From the NCBI GenBank assembly GCA_039698055.1, contig JBDKTL010000028.1:1-21933 (forward strand): DNA of 21,933 nucleotides, given 5' to 3'. Position 1 is the first letter of the stretch. The number at the start of each line of letters is the position of its first letter. Below, in pieces: positions 17,452 to 21,933 of this stretch. The DNA comes from Methanoregula sp. Its GTDB lineage: Archaea > Halobacteriota > Methanomicrobia > Methanomicrobiales > Methanospirillaceae. A program made the translations under genes and the position numbers. The notes under the pieces are model-generated. The model was not told the origin of the DNA, did not search any database, and was given only the letters and a program-made list of their open reading frames with translations.

Positions 17452-18429
17452 TTAAAGGTATAGATCGCGGTGTATCCCGGTCGAGCTCTTATCTGGAACG
17501 ATCACCTGAATGTGAGCAGGCATTGTTTCATTGGCAATCACATCCCTGCCCTGTAATATCACATAATCTCCATCCTGCCGTCCCAGTCCTTCACGGGGAG
17601 TAATTGTAACATCAAGTCCTGATTTTGCTATGAGCTCCTGGTTACTGACAATAATTCCATTCAGGAGAATCCTGAAAGTGTTATGGGACCCGCAACTCGA
17701 GCTCACCTTCAGACTTACGTGGATGGAATCCGGGCTGGTACGTACTACTGTAACATTGTCAGGAAGCTTTCCCGTACCGCATTGGTGACCGGGCTCACAC
17801 GTCGTCCCCTCCGGACACGCGAAGTAATCCGTGGTATCAACGGGGAGTGCAAGGAGACCAAGGGGAAATATAAGAAAGAGCGCGCATAATGCCACGAAGA
17901 AAAACCAGTGACGATATTTCCTGCCTGCTTGAGCCGAAGGTGCGGGTTCATCCGGACCTTGTCCGGATATCAAGCGGGATCCCTGATACCATGCACCGAG
18001 AACCTGAGGGAGGGTTGTGATCAGGATATACGCAACCAGAATGTAAATCAATATCTCCGCCAGGAACATGGGATGACTGCCCAAGATAAAACCTAAGGGA
18101 TATATTTCAACGAGGATAATGGTGACAAGAGTGGTACAGGCCCCGGATACCAATCCGGTCCGGATCGGATCCCGCCCTGTTTTTCTGCCGATACAGAACA
18201 GATCCGCCGTAACCATACCCAAAGTGAATGAAAGAAGGATAATTGTCCCGAATTTCCAGAACGGGTATAACGGGCTTACGATGTAAGAATAACAGGAAAT
18301 GAAAATTATCTGCTCTGCTTTCTGCAGGTAATAACAGGCTGCTGTTAAACATATGCCGCAAAAACAACCCCAAAGGATTATTGCAGGAAGCGACACCCGC
18401 AACCATTTATGATCAGAAAAGATGCCCAT
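17452..18429 (-). CDS. Multi-TM membrane protein with a C-terminal pilin-like beta domain, paralog 2 of 3
   Basis: Same architecture: VTVVRTSPDSIHV...SGLDVTITPREGL...HIQVIVPDK, plus a Cys-rich insert; GGAGA SD. Confidence 0.78.
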   Translation of the reverse strand: MGIFSDHKWLRVSLPAIILWGCFCGICLTAACYYLQKAEQIIFISCYSYIVSPLYPFWKFGTIILLSFTLGMVTADLFCIGRKTGRDPIRTGLVSGACTTLVTIILVEIYPLGFILGSHPMFLAEILIYILVAYILITTLPQVLGAWYQGSRLISGQGPDEPAPSAQAGRKYRHWFFFVALCALFLIFPLGLLALPVDTTDYFACPEGTTCEPGHQCGTGKLPDNVTVVRTSPDSIHVSLKVSSSCGSHNTFRILLNGIIVSNQELIAKSGLDVTITPREGLGRQDGDYVILQGRDVIANETMPAHIQVIVPDKSSTGIHRDLYL

Positions 18430-18579
18430 GATTCTCCAAAAAATTAGTTGAAGGGGTTTGTTGATAATACCTTTCCGGAAATCGCATCAACCGTTCCAGT
18501 GGTGTTAAAGACCAATTCTCTGAAACAATTTTCCATTTTAAAAAACGCAACTGGCATTCACACGTCCGGCAAATAAACA

Positions 18580-19578
18580 TCAGATATCCCGGTCACAGAT
18601 TATCGCCCGTTCACCGGTGTCTGGATAGGTGACAATAATTACGAGACGAACAGGGACTGTGTCATTTGCTGATGCGTCTTTGCCCCGGAGTATCACGGAC
18701 GCCCCGTTCCTATACAGGAGACCCTCTGAAGGTTTGATAGTATCGTCAAGTCCAGATTCTGTTATTATCGACCGGTTACTGACGTCCTTCTCACCAAGGA
18801 GAATTTGCACTGATGGAAGAGGTGAAGTTGTTCTCCGGACCTTGTTTGGATCAGGTTTCATGACGATCTGAACAGAGTCAGGGGCGGTGCGGGTTACGTC
18901 CACGCTATCGGTAATTGCGTAATCCCGGGGCTGTTCTGCAATGACTCCCGTACTCATACCGAGATATAACAGGCTTGGAGGGATGATCAGGACTGCGAGG
19001 ACTCCAAGTAATAAAAACCTGTAGGAAGGTAGTTTTTTCGTAATTGCTGGTGAGTCCGGGGTCTTCATATCATCCTGTGGAGCGCTGCGTCGGGATTCAC
19101 GGAAATATGCCCCCATTGCCTGTATGATGGTTGATATAAGAATAAATCCTGCGAGCGGGATCAACCACTGGTGGAAAAGCCCGTCGAGAAATACCCGAAT
19201 CAGGAAAGGATCACCAGCATAATGAAGTATCGGCGGATGGGAAATCATATCGTGAATAACAAGGATTGACGTAAACACGAGTGCTGTACATGTGCCGGAC
19301 ACCATTCCGATAAGAACCGGACCGAGCGCACGGTATCTGCCGGGGCTGAACAGGTCAGCTGCAATCACGGCCAGAACCCATAACAGAACGGCAAACGATC
19401 CAATTATCTGGAACTGGAATACCGGGGATAATAATGCGTAATTATATGCCAGGACCGGGGACCAGATGCCCTGCAGGAAGAAACTCACCGCAGCTAAACA
19501 GATGCCTCCGAAACAACCCCAGAGGACGATTGCCGGAATCAAAGCCAATAATCGGTCATGCTCGCGAATGGATTCCAT
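18580..19578 (-). CDS. Multi-TM membrane protein with a C-terminal pilin-like beta domain, paralog 1 of 3
   Basis: VDVTRTAPDSVQI...SGLDDTIKPSEGL...RLVIIVTYPDTG. Shares the GTGACATGCATG start context with 16508-17434. Confidence 0.78.
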   Translation of the reverse strand: MESIREHDRLLALIPAIVLWGCFGGICLAAVSFFLQGIWSPVLAYNYALLSPVFQFQIIGSFAVLLWVLAVIAADLFSPGRYRALGPVLIGMVSGTCTALVFTSILVIHDMISHPPILHYAGDPFLIRVFLDGLFHQWLIPLAGFILISTIIQAMGAYFRESRRSAPQDDMKTPDSPAITKKLPSYRFLLLGVLAVLIIPPSLLYLGMSTGVIAEQPRDYAITDSVDVTRTAPDSVQIVMKPDPNKVRRTTSPLPSVQILLGEKDVSNRSIITESGLDDTIKPSEGLLYRNGASVILRGKDASANDTVPVRLVIIVTYPDTGERAIICDRDI

Positions 19579-19593
19579 GCATGTCACAAAAAT

Positions 19594-20412
19594 TTATTGG
19601 AGGGGGTAAACTGATAACACATTCCCCAGAACAGCATCAACGATAACCGTTCCGCCATGACTGGTGTTATCATTGTTCGTTTCAATGGTCTCTACCATCC
19701 AGGCAAGCTTCTGGTTATCTCTGTCGGGAACAACTACTAATTTTGACTGGATTTTTGCGGCTGATCCCATTGCGAAGGTGCGCAGGGCTGTCTCCTGGGC
19801 AACGTTCTGTGATACTTTTGGAGTAGTATCAACGAGTAGTGGACGGTCTATCCCGATATAGGCGATTGAATTGTCCCAATCCGGGAGAACTGAGACCATG
19901 ACGGCAGACTGGGTGTATGCTTCTCCGGCCATCTCGTTCCAGACAAACAGGTATTCCCTGCCCGCATCACCATGATCAAGGATTCGCGATTCGGTAAGGA
20001 CCATGTTTTTACTGTTGAAGTCCCGGTAGTTCTTTTGGGCAAAAGCCTTAGCCTGCATCTCCATGCCGGGAATATCCTTTGCAGTGATAGAACTCGATAA
20101 TATCCCGTCCCGGATTATTGCCGATTCTATCTCACCGGTTTTTGCATTAATGGTAAACCGGCCGGTCTTTGTCGTAACTTCGTAAACTTTCCCGCTCGGT
20201 AGTTCTTTCGTCCCACGGTAAGCGATTTCTTCGTTCGGAGTTCCTGTAAAGTTCTGGATGTTCTCTTTAACTAATCCGGTCCCAATCGTTTCCGGTGAAA
20301 TAAGGGCATTCGAACCCTGGCTGGTATCTGCCGCGGCAACAGCCGAACAAGCAAAAACCAGTGATAATCCAATGATAATTCCGATAAGTTTTGAAAGGTT
20401 GATTTTCAACAT
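19594..20412 (-). CDS. Secreted protein with a PepSY/propeptide-like C-terminal region
   Basis: Signal peptide ending AVAAA; TPKVSQNVAQETAL...KLVV...KLAWMVE...VIVDAVLGNVL; GAGGTGA SD before ATG 20412. Confidence 0.7.
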   Translation of the reverse strand: MLKINLSKLIGIIIGLSLVFACSAVAAADTSQGSNALISPETIGTGLVKENIQNFTGTPNEEIAYRGTKELPSGKVYEVTTKTGRFTINAKTGEIESAIIRDGILSSSITAKDIPGMEMQAKAFAQKNYRDFNSKNMVLTESRILDHGDAGREYLFVWNEMAGEAYTQSAVMVSVLPDWDNSIAYIGIDRPLLVDTTPKVSQNVAQETALRTFAMGSAAKIQSKLVVVPDRDNQKLAWMVETIETNNDNTSHGGTVIVDAVLGNVLSVYPLQ

Positions 20413-20426
20413 CTTGTTCACCTCGA

Positions 20427-21119
20427 TTAATACCCTGCCCTCGCCGGGTCGATCGCGCTGGAGATGCTGCCCTGGATGACGTAACTGTCCATTCCCCCGG
20501 GATTGAGTAAGCCATACTGAGCACGGGTATCGATGAGAGAGTACACGGCTGCATCGTGGATGTTATACCGCTCATCAAGATAGTACCAGAACCTGTTTGA
20601 CCAGTACTCGGACTGTGGCGAGGTGATATAATTGCTGAAGCCTACCGCAGTGTCAACTCCCCGGGATGTTGACTCATATAACAGGTTCCCGTTCGTTGAA
20701 TCGGTGTTAGCAGTATTGCATGCTACATAAACCGCGAGTGCAACATCATTTAATTCGCCACTGGTGAACGACGAAAGTCTTATAAGACCAGGATTGCTTG
20801 CGGAAATAGCACTGTCTACTCCGTTGTGCTGGAATACAATCTGGCCCGGGCTCCCATGACCATCGACGAAAAATACATTGTCTGAGGGCATCCGCAAAAA
20901 GACACTGCTCGCACTTGGATTCTCAATATACGAAGCCGAATAACCCATACTTGTGAGTTCATTTGCCGCAACCTGTCCGGTTGCACGGGTATCAATAGTA
21001 TCGTAATAGACTCCGTAACTGCTTGCCTGGTACGCACTCACGCATGGTGTGAGCACCATTCCTGCCAGCAAAAGTGCAGACAGGAATGTACCAAATCTGA
21101 TACTGTTCATGTTTTTCAT
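20427..21119 (-). CDS. Secreted caspase/gingipain-fold (clan CD, DUF6345-like) cysteine protease candidate
   Basis: Signal peptide ending PCVSA; VFFVDGHGSPG (His-Gly) and LAVYVACNTA (Ala-Cys) dyad motifs; GVDTAVGF, RFWYYL; GGAGGT SD before ATG 21119. Confidence 0.72.
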   Translation of the reverse strand: MKNMNSIRFGTFLSALLLAGMVLTPCVSAYQASSYGVYYDTIDTRATGQVAANELTSMGYSASYIENPSASSVFLRMPSDNVFFVDGHGSPGQIVFQHNGVDSAISASNPGLIRLSSFTSGELNDVALAVYVACNTANTDSTNGNLLYESTSRGVDTAVGFSNYITSPQSEYWSNRFWYYLDERYNIHDAAVYSLIDTRAQYGLLNPGGMDSYVIQGSISSAIDPARAGY

Positions 21120-21241
21120 TACCTCCGTTCTGTTACATCGCGGAGGCATGATTCAAATTTTCTTTTAGGAGGAGGAAATCTGTTTCATGCCTACGGGCAG
21201 GACCGGGTTTGTCAAGTGTGCATCCAATGTAAACCCGGTCT
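21120..21241 (-). promoter_or_regulatory. Structured 5' leader, copy B (candidate cis-regulatory RNA)
   Basis: Perfect 10-bp stem GACCGGGUUU/AAACCCGGUC around GCACACUUGAC, hairpin UGCC-CGUA-GGCA, SD-sequestering hairpin at 21120-21148. Confidence 0.75.
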
Positions 21242-21542
21242 CATCTTTTGAGGCAACTTTTGGCTGCCCACAATAAGCGATTTATAATTTCGTTATATAT
21301 TTTCTCTGTCCCTATCATCGAACTGGGAAAATTTTCTCAAAAAAGTGAAAGATGTTGGCCGATGAAAACTTCATTGAATTTACCGGTCATGGATAGGAAA
21401 GAAAATGTTACAGGTGTGACAGTAACCTGCGCGGGGAAATATTCCGGACTCGTTAAAATCAATTACCATTATGAATGGGTATGAAGGTGACTGGGTTTGC
21501 AGGCGGCCCCGTCCGACTCCAAAGAGAAAAACCCGGTACTCC

Positions 21543-21932
21543 TTATTTCCGGAACTTCCTCAATATAGCCTCAACTTCCGGTAAAATGATATAGTTCCTG
21601 TTCCTGCCGTCCCACCGGAAAGCAACCATCTCCTCTTCAATGAACTGTTGGAGATGCCAATGAATCGTGTTCCGTTTTAAATCCAAACGCTCCGCGATCT
21701 CCTTATTGCTGATGCCTGGTTGGTCGAGTATCAAATTGAGAATTTTCTGCTTTGTCGGATTCATGATATATCCGTAGACTCTTTTTTTCTCAAGGGGTCT
21801 CCCGCTGTTGGCGAAAATATAACTCAGTTTCCCATATTTTTTTTGCACAACCTTTCGTTCGAGAAGGAGAAGGTAGAGATGATACCGGGCGGTTCCCCGG
21901 TTAATGCCGGTATTTTTCGAGAGATCCGCAAT
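21543..21932 (-). CDS. Archaeal transcription regulator with two winged-HTH domains (5' end outside the window)
   Basis: Frame stays open to the window edge: IADLSKNTGINRGTARYHL..., then TKQKILNLILDQPGISNKEIAERLDLKRNTIHWHLQQF. Confidence 0.85.
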   Translation of the reverse strand: MADLSKNTGINRGTARYHLYLLLLERKVVQKKYGKLSYIFANSGRPLEKKRVYGYIMNPTKQKILNLILDQPGISNKEIAERLDLKRNTIHWHLQQFIEEEMVAFRWDGRNRNYIILPEVEAILRKFRK

Positions 21933-21933
21933 G

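Noticed and set aside
21490-21537. ACTGGGTTT...AAACCCGGT stem after the regulator gene as a third leader copy
   Set aside because: It shares only the GGGTTT/AAACCC stem and lacks GCACACTTGAC and the TGCCCGTAGGCA hairpin; at most a 3' hairpin.

Overview
Archaeal DNA, most consistent with a Methanomicrobiales (Methanoregula-like) methanogen; this is inferred from gene families and is not a database result. Bases 168-6015 hold a minus-strand housekeeping operon: pyrG, GMP synthase subunit B, argD, hisC, an AK6-type kinase and a CDP-alcohol phosphatidyltransferase. The middle contains a membrane TPR protein, a hicAB toxin-antitoxin pair, a PaaI thioesterase, and a coupled GT2 glycosyltransferase / TPR-wHTH / BrxD-like (DUF2791) ATPase operon with no other BREX genes. 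A 55-bp structured repeat (2 copies) and a ~217-bp MITE-like element mark the start of an accessory region (about 13.8-21.9 kb, all minus strand). In transcription order that region encodes a two-wHTH regulator, a secreted caspase/gingipain-fold protease candidate, a PepSY-like partner, three paralogous multi-TM proteins with a pilin-like C-terminal domain, and a secreted transglutaminase-like enzyme. The most striking signal is that the two unrelated secreted Cys-enzyme genes share a homologous ~125-nt structured 5' leader. It has a 34/36-nt conserved core, one compensatory base pair and a hairpin that buries the Shine-Dalgarno sequence, making it a candidate undescribed archaeal cis-regulatory RNA.
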